Below are positions 48,298 through 59,848 of a stretch of DNA of 64,000 nt, one piece after another (within the stretch, counting starts at the first letter, position 1; the number at the start of each line of letters is the position of its first letter). Origin of the DNA: Parcubacteria group bacterium (GTDB lineage: Bacteria; Patescibacteriota; Minisyncoccia; Phycocordibacterales; Phycocordibacteraceae); the NCBI GenBank assembly GCA_028286615.1, contig JAQBRG010000003.1:13125-77124 (forward strand), in the 5' to 3' direction. The notes under the pieces are model-generated. The model searched no databases. It was not told where the DNA came from and worked only from the letters and a program-made list of their open reading frames with translations. The position numbers were made by a program, and so were the translations under genes.

Positions 48298-49395
48298 CTA
48301 ACTATGTAAGAACACCATCACGTCCCCATCATTCACAATATAGGTCTTCCCTTCAGTACGAATATCTCCCTTGTCTCGAGCCGCGCTCCAAGACCCGTTC
48401 TTGAGGAGAGTATCCCAGCCAACAACTTCGGCACGAATAAACTTATCTTTGAAATCGTTATGTATTGCGGCACCGGCTTCAGGAGCCGCGGCACCGCGCT
48501 TAACAGTCCACGCACGAGATTCTTTGGGACCTGTTGTGAAGAATGTGATGAGGCCTAGGGTTTCGTATGCTCCGCGAATAAGTGCCTCAAGGCCATCTAT
48601 CTGTACTCCTAGTTCTGAACGGAACATACTCTTGTCGTCTTCTGCCACGTCATTTAGTTCGTGTTCGGTACGGGCATCAACCTCTACATACGGAGAACCA
48701 AGAGACTTAACAAGCTCGTACGCTGCGTCAGCTCGTCCATCGTTTGCCTCAGAAAGGTTATGTCCTCCAGACTTTCCATTAAAGGAAAAGAGCATGGGTT
48801 TAAGAGTGAGGAGGTTGAGCGATTTGATTATCTTTGCTTCTTCTTCCGTAAGGTCTGCGGTACGGGCGAGATTGCCTGCAAGAAGAGTATGCTCGATCTT
48901 TGCGAGAACAGCATCCTCAGCAACGGCTTCTTTCTTATTCGAACGCACATCTCCTGAAAGTCGTTCGCGCCTTCCGTTAACAGACTGCTGGTCTGCAAGA
49001 ATAAGCTCGATGTTTATAACTTCAATATCTCGAACTGGATCAACCTCTCCATGTACGTGAATAACATCTGGATCGTCAAAGAATCGAACCATATGAAGAA
49101 TGGCATCAACCTCGCGGATATGTGTAAGGAATTGATTGCCCAGACCCTCTCCCTCAGAAGCACCTTTCACAAGTCCTGCAATGTCTACAAACTCGATAGC
49201 CGCAGGAATGGTCTTCTCAGACTTTGAGAGCTCGGCAAGTTTTGTAAGGCGCTCGTCAGGAACACCGACCACGCCGACAGAGGGGTCTATGGTACAGAAC
49301 GGGTAATTCTCGGCTGGAACCGAGGCTTTGGTGAGTGCATTAAAAAGCGTGGACTTCCCCACGTTTGGCAATCCGACGATTCCTATTTTCAACAT
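48298..49395 (-). CDS. ychF: ribosome-binding ATPase YchF (Obg family)
   Basis: GIVGLPNVGKSTLFNALT G1 motif, about 365 aa with a C-terminal TGS domain. Confidence 0.9.
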   Translation of the reverse strand: MLKIGIVGLPNVGKSTLFNALTKASVPAENYPFCTIDPSVGVVGVPDERLTKLAELSKSEKTIPAAIEFVDIAGLVKGASEGEGLGNQFLTHIREVDAILHMVRFFDDPDVIHVHGEVDPVRDIEVINIELILADQQSVNGRRERLSGDVRSNKKEAVAEDAVLAKIEHTLLAGNLARTADLTEEEAKIIKSLNLLTLKPMLFSFNGKSGGHNLSEANDGRADAAYELVKSLGSPYVEVDARTEHELNDVAEDDKSMFRSELGVQIDGLEALIRGAYETLGLITFFTTGPKESRAWTVKRGAAAPEAGAAIHNDFKDKFIRAEVVGWDTLLKNGSWSAARDKGDIRTEGKTYIVNDGDVMVFLHS

Positions 49396-49452
49396 ATTCT
49401 TACCCTAACGAATAAAGGACAAAAAGGAAAGGAAACTGTATCAAGCTACTAC

Positions 49453-50037
49453 CTATGCAGCACGCTTAGCGAAATCGCTCACTTTCTTAAGCCATCTAAT
49501 CTTCTTTGGCTCGGGAGTATTCTCAGAGCGTCCAAACGAAGTTACTTGGGTGCGCAGTCCAGCGAATTCTAGGAGTGAGCGCTTTATAGAAGCAGAATAA
49601 TCTCCGAAGGCTAGCCAATCTAGGAATGGAGGATTCCCGCAGGTTATGAATACGTGAGCTGTACGTCCTTTGAGGAGCGCATCCCAGCCAAACTTGTTCT
49701 TCCACATGCGAAAGGCGAAGCGAGGCAGGAACATACGATCCCACATACCTTTAAGCATTGCGGGCATGCCGCCCCACCAGTTTGGATAACAGAGAACAAA
49801 GTGTTCGCTCCAAGAGAGATTCTCCTGAACAGTCTTAAGATCCTGCTCAAGTTCTTGAATTGCTCTATACCCTTTGTGCAAGGTTGGATCAAAAGAGAGA
49901 TCAAAGATGTTTGTGCGACGCACCTCGTGTCCAGCCGCTTTTGCTGCAGCCTCATAGGTATCAGCAATTTGGCGAGACAAGGGTTCGGGACCAGAGTCCG
50001 GATGCCCGAGAAGAATAAATATCTTTTTAGACTTCAT
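49453..50037 (-). CDS. flavodoxin-like NAD(P)H-dependent oxidoreductase (NQO/KefF-like)
   Basis: KIFILLGHPDSG... N-terminal flavodoxin_2 pattern. Confidence 0.7.
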   Translation of the reverse strand: MKSKKIFILLGHPDSGPEPLSRQIADTYEAAAKAAGHEVRRTNIFDLSFDPTLHKGYRAIQELEQDLKTVQENLSWSEHFVLCYPNWWGGMPAMLKGMWDRMFLPRFAFRMWKNKFGWDALLKGRTAHVFITCGNPPFLDWLAFGDYSASIKRSLLEFAGLRTQVTSFGRSENTPEPKKIRWLKKVSDFAKRAA

Positions 50038-50038
50038 A

Positions 50039-50269
50039 TTACTTCTGCATCAAAGATGCGAGTTCGGTACGGTACTTCTTCATAACCTCCATAGTTGCCT
50101 TCATCTGAGGTTCCCCTCCCTTGGTTCTGCGTTCAACTTCTTCGCCTATTTTCTTAAAGAGTTCTGGGTCTTTTTGTACTAGCGTCATTATCTGTTCACG
50201 CTGCTCCTCAGGAACATCTTTCATCTTCCACTTCATAGCCTGCTTGAGCAGGAAATCTTGAATAGCCAT
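50039..50269 (-). CDS. small hypothetical helical protein (76 aa)
   Basis: ORF only. Confidence 0.3.
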   Translation of the reverse strand: MAIQDFLLKQAMKWKMKDVPEEQREQIMTLVQKDPELFKKIGEEVERRTKGGEPQMKATMEVMKKYRTELASLMQK

Positions 50270-50351
50270 ATAAATAGATTATATCATTTGTATATAACAA
50301 CAGCCTGTCTCAAGGAAAGACAGACTGTTGAGTGCAAATTGACCTAGCTTA

Positions 50352-50596
50352 TTATAGGAGCACGGTTGTCTGGTTTCCAGACACTTCAGCAATGCCTCCC
50401 TCGATAGCGATTGTGGTGTCTTCGCCTTCTAGAGATTTAATACGTGCCTCTCCAACTCGTAGAGGAGTTACAAAAGCTTCATGTCCACTCATAACCGTAA
50501 ACACACCCTCCGCCCCGGGAAGCGTTACAGAAAGAGCCTCTCCGTCAAAGAGATTCTCGCCAATCTTTGCAATGGTTAAGTGGAAGGTCTTTGCCA

Positions 50597-50597
<1 letters not shown>
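50352..50597 (-). CDS. atpC: F1 ATP synthase epsilon subunit (beta-sandwich domain only)
   Basis: Position after atpD. The sequence is MAKTFHLTIAKIGENLFDGEALSVTLPGAEGVFTVMSGHEAFVTPL. Confidence 0.8.
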
Positions 50598-51982
<1,385 letters not shown>

Positions 51983-52891
51983 CTACGTTGCTAATGCTTC
52001 CCTTCCGCTCACGATCTCAGACACTTCTCTTGTAATAGCGGCCTGACGAACCTTGTTATACACACGCGTCAGATCCTCAGTAACCTTCTTTGAGTTGTCT
52101 GATGCATTCTTCATGGCAACCATACGTGCCGAATGCTCAGACGCCTTGGCTTCTAGCAGCATATGGTAAAGAGCTACAGACACAAGTCGGGGTACCAAAA
52201 TACCAAGCACGTCGTCGTCTCCCGGCTCAACCTCGTATGCAGCAGGTGCCTCTCCCTCCTCTATCTCGCTCCACTTTCCTTTTACAGGAATAATACCGCC
52301 AACAATATCCTTAAGTGCAGGAAGAGAGAGCGGAAGCAGACGACGCATGGTTGGAATCTGCTCGAAGGTAGACTTGAAGTTGCTGTATACCGCTACAACC
52401 TTATTAAATTCCTTTGAAAGGAATCCCTCGGTTATCTCAGCAGTTATTTCTTCCATAACTGAAAGCGTTACATCGTCACTCTTGTTCTCAATTGCCTTGC
52501 GTACTTCATACTCCCGGCGCTTGAAGAATTCTTCTCCTTTCTTGCCGTACGCGAAGATAACAACGTCTTCTTTGTTACGTCCTTCGATTGCTTCAACAGC
52601 TCGTTTAATAACTCCTGAGTTAAGAGCTCCCGCAAGTCCCTTGTCGCTTGTTATAACAACAAGAGCGAGCTTGCCGTTCTCGCGGTGCTCGGCAAGAGGA
52701 TGTCCCGTACCATGCTTAGTCGCAGAAAGACGAGAAAGAATGGAGATGGCGGCACGAGCATACGAGCGCCCAGCAAAGGCGGTAATCTGTGTCTTACGCA
52801 TCTTAACGGCAGACACCGCTTCCATGGCGCGTGTCACTTTGTGCATGCGCTCAGTTGCCTTGATCTTCGTTTTGATATCTTTAAGTGCCAT
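51983..52891 (-). CDS. atpG: F1 ATP synthase gamma subunit
   Basis: The gamma-subunit termini are conserved and the gene lies between atpA and atpD. Confidence 0.9.
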   Translation of the reverse strand: MALKDIKTKIKATERMHKVTRAMEAVSAVKMRKTQITAFAGRSYARAAISILSRLSATKHGTGHPLAEHRENGKLALVVITSDKGLAGALNSGVIKRAVEAIEGRNKEDVVIFAYGKKGEEFFKRREYEVRKAIENKSDDVTLSVMEEITAEITEGFLSKEFNKVVAVYSNFKSTFEQIPTMRRLLPLSLPALKDIVGGIIPVKGKWSEIEEGEAPAAYEVEPGDDDVLGILVPRLVSVALYHMLLEAKASEHSARMVAMKNASDNSKKVTEDLTRVYNKVRQAAITREVSEIVSGREALAT

Positions 52892-52893
52892 AG

Positions 52894-53229
52894 CTATTTC
52901 TTTTCAGCAACGATATATCTGCATCCCTCTAGTCCAACTTTCGCTGAGTGCAGGATATGTGCAGGTATAAGTATCGAGTCTCCTTTTTCTAGAACTGAGT
53001 TCCTTCCATCCATATCTATATCAATTCTTCCATCAAGAATCTTGAGAAGTGTTTCGTGCTCATCCACATGCATAGGGTCTTCTTCGTTGGGAACAGCGTC
53101 CCAGATAAAAACATTCCCATACTCATCTCCGAAGCGATTCATCTCTGTTTTCTCCTCAGGACGTGCTTCGGAAATCCCGCCTTGCTGAGGTTCTGGTACT
53201 TGTTCTAGTTTTCGAAGGCCTTCGCTCAT
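52894..53229 (-). CDS. small cupin-domain protein inserted between atpA and atpG
   Basis: A beta-barrel-like sequence with His/Glu residues (HVDEHE...H). It is tightly packed within the atp operon. Confidence 0.5.
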   Translation of the reverse strand: MSEGLRKLEQVPEPQQGGISEARPEEKTEMNRFGDEYGNVFIWDAVPNEEDPMHVDEHETLLKILDGRIDIDMDGRNSVLEKGDSILIPAHILHSAKVGLEGCRYIVAEKK

Positions 53230-53234
53230 GGTTC

Positions 53235-54788
53235 TTATTCAGCAGTACGCTCAACAAACTTCTCAAGCACAGCACGAAGGTCCTTCTCGGTTGATTCTCC
53301 AATCTCTCGAGTTGTACGAATAGCAGCGAGTACGCCAACCGCCTCTCGATTAAGGAAGTCCTGAAGACGTTCCTCAGCTGCGGCAGTTTCCATAGGCGCG
53401 AACGTGTCGAAGTATCCGTTCACCGCGGCGAAGATCACAGCTGCTTCCATCTCGAACGCGAGCGGCTTGCCATTAGGCTGCTTGAGCATCTCTGTCATGC
53501 GCTGTCCGCTATCAATCTGCTTCTTGGTGTTCGCATCGAGATCTGAAGAAAACTGCATGAAGGCTTCGAGTTCACGGAACTGAGCAAGCTCGAGCTTAAT
53601 CTTTCCAGACACTTTCTTCATGGCCTTGGTCTGTGCGGCAGAACCCACGCGAGACACCGACACACCTACGTTAATAGCGGGGCGAAGACCTTTGTTGAAG
53701 AGATCGGTCTCAAGGAAGATCTGTCCGTCCGTAATAGAAATTACGTTCGTTGGAATGTAGGCAGAAATGTCATTCTCCTGCGTCTCGATAATAGGAAGTG
53801 CGGTTATAGAACCTCCACCCTTTTCCTTAGAAAGTTTTGCAGCACGCTCAAGAAGACGTGAGTGCAAGTAGAACACGTCTCCAGGGTATGCTTCGCGGCC
53901 TGGTGGGCGACGAAGAAGAAGAGACATCTGACGGTATGCAACGGCCTGCTTTGAAAGATCGTCGTATACAACGAGCACGTCCTTACCTTGCTCCATGAAA
54001 TGCTCGGCGATAGCAGCCCCTGCAAACGGTGCGAGGAACTGAATAGCAGCAGGAGCAGATGCAGGAGCGGTTACCACAATGGTGTAGTCCATAGCACCCG
54101 CTTCAGTGAGCTGGCCTACAATACGTGCAGTCTTACTCTCCTTCTGTCCAATAGCTACGTATACACAAATAGGACGGGTCTTAGAGTCTTCAGACTTCTG
54201 GTTGAGGATGGTGTCGATAGCAACCGTAGTCTTTCCTGTGCCACGGTCTCCAATGATGAGCTGGCGCTGTCCACGACCAATCGGTGTCATGGCATCGATT
54301 GCCTTGATACCAGTGTGAAGCGGCGTGTTAACAGGAGAGCGATCCATAACGCCGTATGCCTCGCTTTCAATAGGACGCATGGTTGAAGCGCCTGTTGGTC
54401 CTTTGCCGTCAACAGCTTCTCCAAGCGGATTAAGTACGCGACCAACGAGTGAGTCTCCTACGGGGATGGAAAGTAGGCGACCAAGACGACGCACGAGCAT
54501 TCCTTCATATACTTTTGAAGAATCTCCAAGAATAACGGCACGAACACCGTCCTCTTCGAGGTTAAGCACGAGACCATATACAGGAGCAGCATCCTTAAGC
54601 GCTTCTTCAAGAGAACGGTCGAATGTTGGATCGAAGAGCACCATCTCCGTCATGATCGCGCCTTCAAGGCCGTCGATCTCTGCGATACCGTCACCGGTTG
54701 CGCGTACGATGCCTGTTTCAGCAGCGTTCTCTTTCGCGGGACTGAATCCTGCGATCTCGTTCTCGATACGTTTGATGATGCTCTCCAT
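53235..54788 (-). CDS. atpA: F1 ATP synthase alpha subunit (start trimmed to [10 protein letters not shown])
   Basis: Walker A GDRGTGKT is present. The supplied ORF extends 29 codons into atpH. Confidence 0.95.
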   Translation of the reverse strand: MESIIKRIENEIAGFSPAKENAAETGIVRATGDGIAEIDGLEGAIMTEMVLFDPTFDRSLEEALKDAAPVYGLVLNLEEDGVRAVILGDSSKVYEGMLVRRLGRLLSIPVGDSLVGRVLNPLGEAVDGKGPTGASTMRPIESEAYGVMDRSPVNTPLHTGIKAIDAMTPIGRGQRQLIIGDRGTGKTTVAIDTILNQKSEDSKTRPICVYVAIGQKESKTARIVGQLTEAGAMDYTIVVTAPASAPAAIQFLAPFAGAAIAEHFMEQGKDVLVVYDDLSKQAVAYRQMSLLLRRPPGREAYPGDVFYLHSRLLERAAKLSKEKGGGSITALPIIETQENDISAYIPTNVISITDGQIFLETDLFNKGLRPAINVGVSVSRVGSAAQTKAMKKVSGKIKLELAQFRELEAFMQFSSDLDANTKKQIDSGQRMTEMLKQPNGKPLAFEMEAAVIFAAVNGYFDTFAPMETAAAEERLQDFLNREAVGVLAAIRTTREIGESTEKDLRAVLEKFVERTAE

Positions 54789-54790
54789 AC

Positions 54791-55156
54791 TTAGTTCGTA
54801 ATCTTCTGGTAAATCTGAATAAGGGTGCTCTTGGCGGAATGGTCTATAAGCTTGCTTCCTGTACGTGCTCGCCAACCACGTAACAGGCTAGGGTTCACCG
54901 TTACTTCTTCTGCTTCAATGCCGGCTAGAGAAGCTGCTTTTCGCGCATGAGCTTTCTCAGCATCGCTTGCAACCTCAAGAGTTGGTGCGAGTTTCTTTGT
55001 GCGTGCTTCCTCATGCTTCAGTTGTCGCAATATGCCCGGAAGCAATTTGATACGTCCCTCGGCTTTCAAGTGCGCGACAAGCGAATCAGCAAGAATCTTC
55101 TGGTTTTCACCTTTCTTCGATAGCTCGATTATTGCCTGTGCGTACTCTTTTTCCAT
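54791..55156 (-). CDS. atpH: ATP synthase delta (OSCP) subunit, short form
   Basis: Position between atpF and atpA. OSCP C-terminal-like sequence. Confidence 0.65.
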   Translation of the reverse strand: MEKEYAQAIIELSKKGENQKILADSLVAHLKAEGRIKLLPGILRQLKHEEARTKKLAPTLEVASDAEKAHARKAASLAGIEAEEVTVNPSLLRGWRARTGSKLIDHSAKSTLIQIYQKITN

Positions 55157-55160
55157 GAGA

Positions 55161-55610
55161 CTATGCCTTGCCCTCCTCTACTGCTTTTCCTGCGGCAAGA
55201 ATAGCAAGACGTGCAATCTCGTTCTCGCTGTCTCGAAGTATCTTTGCCGCTGTTTCTTTTGCGCGGGCATCTGCATCTGCGGCAATTGCTGCAGAACGCG
55301 CTTCGGCTTCTTTAACAATGCGAGACTTCTCAGCGGTTGCCGCGTCACGAGCTGAGGCAACGATGCCTTCAGCTTCAGTTTCTGCGCCCTTAACAACTGT
55401 TGAAGCTTCTTCGTCTGCGCTTGCGAGCTTCTTGGTTGCCTCTTCAGCATCAAGGACTCCCTGCGCAACCTTTCGGCGTCGCTCGTCCATTGTTTTCATA
55501 ACCGGCTTATACAAAAGCCAGGTTAGGGCAACAAAGAGTATGCCGAAGTTAATAAGCTGCGCGAGAAGCAGCTTGCCGTTAATACCGAAGGCTTCGAAAA
55601 GTTGGTCCAT
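55161..55610 (-). CDS. atpF: Fo ATP synthase b subunit
   Basis: An N-terminal TM helix then a long charged helix (AEEA-rich). Confidence 0.8.
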   Translation of the reverse strand: MDQLFEAFGINGKLLLAQLINFGILFVALTWLLYKPVMKTMDERRRKVAQGVLDAEEATKKLASADEEASTVVKGAETEAEGIVASARDAATAEKSRIVKEAEARSAAIAADADARAKETAAKILRDSENEIARLAILAAGKAVEEGKA

Positions 55611-55631
55611 AGATAAGGCCCGTGTGGCTGG

Positions 55632-55883
<252 letters not shown>

Positions 55884-55921
55884 TTATTAATGCTCCATCC
55901 CGGAGCCACATCGAAACAAGG

Positions 55922-56680
55922 CTAATGCGCCTCGTTCCCATGCGGTTCCATGACGGCGAGCTTGATGAAGAACAGAGTCAACATCGCGAACACTACGGCC
56001 TGAATGAACCCAACAAAGACCTCAAAGGCCATAAGGGGTACCGGCAGCAGGTACGCGAAGAAGAACCCTGCAACCAGGATCATCACCTCGCCAGCAAAAA
56101 TGTTTCCGAAGAGACGGAACGAGAAGGAGATGAGACGACCCAGGTTCGAAATGATCTCAATGAGACCAACCACGAAGTTAACCGGTGAGCTAAAATTAAC
56201 ATATTTCCCGGCGTATTTAAAGAAACCGAGGACTACGATTCCTGTCACCTCAATCGTTATGAACGCGATAATAGCTAGAGCTAGAGTCATGTTGAGGTCT
56301 GCCGCAGGCGCGCGAAGAAGCGGTACTAATTCCTCTCCATTGTTGAAGAGCACAGAGCCAACTCCCGGTATGAATGCCATCTCGTTAGCAACCAAGACGA
56401 AGAGGAAGATCGTCATGATGAGCGGGAAGAACTTGCGAGCGAGCTTCTCGTTCTCAAGTGTTTCAGTCATGTATCCGAGCACCCCTTCAAATAGCCACTC
56501 AACCGCAGCCTGGAACTTGCCGGGGATAAGGGCGAGCTTCTGGCGGAAAAAGAAGGCGAATCCAATCAATACCACAAGAACAATCCACGTCATGAGGAGA
56601 GAATTGGTAATAGGAAGACCCAGGAAGGTTCCTAGTTGTTCAGCCTTAAGCACCACGTGAATACCGCTTTCGTGCTCCAT
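55922..56680 (-). CDS. atpB: Fo ATP synthase a subunit
   Basis: Polytopic, with the conserved Arg in ...SFSFRLFGNIFAGE. Confidence 0.85.
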   Translation of the reverse strand: MEHESGIHVVLKAEQLGTFLGLPITNSLLMTWIVLVVLIGFAFFFRQKLALIPGKFQAAVEWLFEGVLGYMTETLENEKLARKFFPLIMTIFLFVLVANEMAFIPGVGSVLFNNGEELVPLLRAPAADLNMTLALAIIAFITIEVTGIVVLGFFKYAGKYVNFSSPVNFVVGLIEIISNLGRLISFSFRLFGNIFAGEVMILVAGFFFAYLLPVPLMAFEVFVGFIQAVVFAMLTLFFIKLAVMEPHGNEAH

Positions 56681-56813
56681 ATCTATACGAAAAATAGACC
56701 CCTGTGGGCCATACCCTTATGCATTACTAGCATTCTACCAGAGCCTGGAGATTGGGTAAATGTAAAGGCTCCGTGGGAGACAGAGTCTCTACACGGAGCC
56801 TTATGGGCCCGCT

Positions 56814-56999
56814 TTACTGTTTAAGCGAATTAATTGAGTCAAGCAAATGCTTGCCGGTCCACATGATGGTATAACACACGGCCAACAGACCGAAGCTCGC
56901 TGCAACACCCAAGGGTATATTGTTATGCGTTCCAACAGTAACAAGAGCCCCTACGACTGAAAGGTATATAACTATTATTCCAATCTGAATGGTATTCAT
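56814..56999 (-). CDS. small 2-TM membrane protein upstream of the atp operon (AtpI/AtpZ-like position)
   Basis: 61 aa, two hydrophobic helices. Confidence 0.3.
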   Translation of the reverse strand: MNTIQIGIIVIYLSVVGALVTVGTHNNIPLGVAASFGLLAVCYTIMWTGKHLLDSINSLKQ

Positions 57000-57069
57000 T
57001 TAGCCACTCCATCTCTTTAGAATGAATCCTAAGAAAACAATAGCAGATTTATTATAAATTGTCAATACT

Positions 57070-57630
57070 CTACTTCCCTTCCTTCAACGCCTCCAAATCT
57101 GCCAGCACCCTCTGCACATCCTTGCTCAACTGCTCAAGAGCTTCAACCTTGGTTAACTTCTTCGCTGCCTTGTCTGCAGCAAGTGTAGCGGTCTCCTCCT
57201 CGCTCAGTTCCTCCACATCCTCCTGAATCTCGTCGATGTCCTCGGAGATCTCTTCAATATCCTCTTGAATCTCTCCCATATCCTCTCCAAGCTCTTCAAC
57301 GTCTTCCTGAATCTCGTCGATGTCCTCCTCAACCTCGCGCAAACTCTCCGTATGTCGGTTAACGGTTATCTGAATGAAGATGGCTAGATAGATCGCTTCA
57401 AGAGAAAGAATGGTTGTAAGGATAAGGAGCATCAAAGACCATTCCAATATTCCAAAGAGAGCAAGCGAGAAGAACGCCGCAAATGCGACGGTATGAATGA
57501 GAAGCGACTGAACTGAACCTATTGAGGCGATAACGCGCTCTATGGCCGTCGGGTCGATAGTTGCTTTGGGCTTCTTATCGCGCGGCATATCTTCTGACCC
57601 TACCACTGTTGTCCTTGGAGTGTCCACCAA
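57070..57630 (-). CDS. DUF1003-like membrane protein with a C-terminal acidic tandem-repeat tail
   Basis: The TM core LTTILSLEAIYLAIFIQITVNRHTESLRE resembles the DUF1003 ...VSLEAIFLSTFVMISQNRQ... region. It is followed by 13-aa repeats of EDIDEIQEDVEEL. Confidence 0.55.
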   Translation of the reverse strand: MVDTPRTTVVGSEDMPRDKKPKATIDPTAIERVIASIGSVQSLLIHTVAFAAFFSLALFGILEWSLMLLILTTILSLEAIYLAIFIQITVNRHTESLREVEEDIDEIQEDVEELGEDMGEIQEDIEEISEDIDEIQEDVEELSEEETATLAADKAAKKLTKVEALEQLSKDVQRVLADLEALKEGK

Positions 57631-57709
57631 TTACTCACACCATGCGGTGCATATCCTTTCATTTCACTTTATACTATTAGTAGTGCCCAACAATCTCCCC
57701 ACGACACTA

Positions 57710-58741
57710 ATGCCGCATCCGCGGTACCCGAAGAAGAAACCGTTTGCAAAAGCTGCAACGAGTCTTAAGACGTACTCGCCACTTGTTGGTGCCGTTGCTG
57801 TGCTCGCTATCTCTTTCTTCTCTCTCCCAAGCATTGTTGCCATGGACATCGAGCATGAGGCGGAGAAAGCATCAAAGCCCGCGTTCCCCGTGAGCGTTGA
57901 TCCACTTCACAAGTTAATAACCGAGAGTCCTGAGGTTGAGGCCTTGCTTGCAGACGACACCGCTCTTTCTGCTTCAGCTATTAATGCTGGGAGCATTCTT
58001 TCTTGGATAGCGAGTGCCATTTCCCTTTCCCCTGCGTATAAGCAAGTTGCAGGAAGCGATACTGCAATTGTAACTATCAAGCCAGGGTATAGAGAGGAGG
58101 AAGTTGCTCAAGCGTTTGGAAGCGCGCTTGGCTGGACTGCTGCTGAGAAGAAGTCTTTCCTTGATCAAGTACACAGCACGCCCCCCAGCCTTTCTGAAGG
58201 AGAGTTTGTTCCAGGTTCGTATGTTGTTGAAGGGCTCGCATCAGCTGAAGACATACAGGCAATTCTTAACGAACGATTCTCAAAAGATATTCTTGCTCGC
58301 TATGGCACAACGACAGAAGCAGTGCTTCCGCTTGAAGACGCTCTGACTATTGCTTCCATGCTTGAACGCGAGACACGAAACCCAGCTGAGATGCGTCTTA
58401 TATCTGGCATCATCTGGAACCGTCTATGGAGCGGCATGAACCTGCAGATAGATGCAACGCTTCAGTACGCCAAAGCAACCCAAACAACCTCTAAGAGTTG
58501 GTGGCCTAAGGTGGTGCCAGACGACAAGTACGTAAAGTCTCCGTACAACACCTATAAATACAAAGGTCTTCCTCCAGGACCTATATCAAACCCCTCAACA
58601 GCCGCTCTTCTGGCAGCTCTCAATCCAAAGGCAACGGACTGTATCTTTTACTTCCACGACAAGAACGGACACTTCACCTGCTCCAAGACGTACAAGGAAC
58701 ACGTAGCCGCCCTCAAGAAAGCGTACGGACAAGGAAAGTAG
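57710..58741 (+). CDS. mltG: endolytic murein transglycosylase MltG (YceG family); start trimmed to MPHPRYP
   Basis: An N-terminal TM helix, then the YceG signatures LERETRNPAE, LQIDATLQYA and SPYNTYKYKGLPPGPISNPSTAALLAALNP. Confidence 0.85.
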   Translation: MPHPRYPKKKPFAKAATSLKTYSPLVGAVAVLAISFFSLPSIVAMDIEHEAEKASKPAFPVSVDPLHKLITESPEVEALLADDTALSASAINAGSILSWIASAISLSPAYKQVAGSDTAIVTIKPGYREEEVAQAFGSALGWTAAEKKSFLDQVHSTPPSLSEGEFVPGSYVVEGLASAEDIQAILNERFSKDILARYGTTTEAVLPLEDALTIASMLERETRNPAEMRLISGIIWNRLWSGMNLQIDATLQYAKATQTTSKSWWPKVVPDDKYVKSPYNTYKYKGLPPGPISNPSTAALLAALNPKATDCIFYFHDKNGHFTCSKTYKEHVAALKKAYGQGK

Positions 58742-58748
58742 CGGAGAG

Positions 58749-59153
58749 CTACATTGCGAAGAACTTAATAGCAAGGAGATACGAACCTCCCGCAGCAAGT
58801 GCAGATACCACAACTCCCCACATAAGATCTACGATCGAGACAATGCCTGGCCAGTTGGTTAGGGTTGCCCAGTTCGTGAAGTCATAGGAAGCGTATACGG
58901 CAAGCCCCAGAAAACCCCCGAGAAGCATGGCCTTAAGAAGCGAGCGAGCTTCAAGAGCCGGAGCAACAGCAAAGTATGCAAGAGCAAAACAGAAGATTAT
59001 GTAGAACGCGAGAGCCGCGGGCCACACTACGCTAGGAGAAAGCAGGTTCCCCATTTGTTCTCGATAGAAGCTGTGCGCAAGAAGACCAATCCATAGCAAA
59101 TCTAGGAGGAAAATAACCGGGAATGCGAGTGCCGCGAGGATGGTTGTTTGCAT
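58749..59153 (-). CDS. 4-TM membrane protein (DUF2177-like)
   Basis: Hydropathy and size. Confidence 0.45.
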   Translation of the reverse strand: MQTTILAALAFPVIFLLDLLWIGLLAHSFYREQMGNLLSPSVVWPAALAFYIIFCFALAYFAVAPALEARSLLKAMLLGGFLGLAVYASYDFTNWATLTNWPGIVSIVDLMWGVVVSALAAGGSYLLAIKFFAM

Positions 59154-59269
59154 ATGTCATAAAGTATACATGCAATATCCAGCAAGACATCAGATTTTCA
59201 CTACTCCTCAATACGAATGCAACCTGTCCATATTGACCGCGTATTTCATCTGCGAGAAAATAGAATTAT

Positions 59270-59569
59270 ATGGATGCTGTCGAGAAAAAAATTGATGATT
59301 TAGCCGGCATGTTTGCTCGAGGTTTTTCTGAGCTGAGAGAAGACTTTAATACGTTTAGAGAAGAGATACACGAAGATATGGATACTTTAAAGGAGGAGAT
59401 GCATGGAGACATGGACACTCTTCGAGAGGAGATGCATGGAGACATGCGCATCTTAAAAGAAGACGTGAAGATTATTCTTGATAAGCACACTCATGCAGTT
59501 CACAAGGACTATGACGGACTTGCTACACGGGTTAAAGATTTAGAGGTATATACAGGAATATATAAGTAA
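59270..59569 (+). CDS. small protein built from 11-aa tandem repeats (EEMHGDMDTLR type)
   Basis: Three 33-bp DNA repeats at 59360..59458 encode EEIHEDMDTLK / EEMHGDMDTLR / EEMHGDMRILK. Confidence 0.45.
   Translation: MDAVEKKIDDLAGMFARGFSELREDFNTFREEIHEDMDTLKEEMHGDMDTLREEMHGDMRILKEDVKIILDKHTHAVHKDYDGLATRVKDLEVYTGIYK
59360..59458 (+). repeat. 3 x 33-bp in-frame tandem repeat
   Basis: gaagagatacacgaagatatggatactttaaag / gaggagatgcatggagacatggacactcttcga / gaggagatgcatggagacatgcgcatcttaaaa. Confidence 0.8.
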
Positions 59570-59628
59570 ATCTAGACTAAAGCCTCATGGCCAGTCGCGG
59601 AGTCTATAAAGAGTAGCGGTAGCAATTC

Positions 59629-59820
59629 CTACAAACTGCTTACGTCCTTATTCAACTCTTCTAACGTGTTGTTAAGCTGTTTCAGAAGCTCAAGATACTT
59701 CTCTGGATCACTGTCCTTCAGCGAAAGGAGTTCCTCGTTTACTTTCGTAAATATGTCTTCTTGCTCCTCTTTCGTTAGTTCTCCCGTCTTAACCTTCTCC
59801 ATTAATTCCTGTAGTTCCAT
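59629..59820 (-). CDS. small acidic helical protein (63 aa)
   Basis: ORF only. Confidence 0.3.
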   Translation of the reverse strand: MELQELMEKVKTGELTKEEQEDIFTKVNEELLSLKDSDPEKYLELLKQLNNTLEELNKDVSSL

Positions 59821-59848
59821 ATATCTAGTTTAGGTTGAGGTAAAGGGT

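Noticed and set aside
57542-57709. N-terminal 56-codon extension of the mltG ORF
   Set aside because: It overlaps the 5' end of the convergent DUF1003-like gene. The conserved MltG TM helix starts after the internal Met at 57710.
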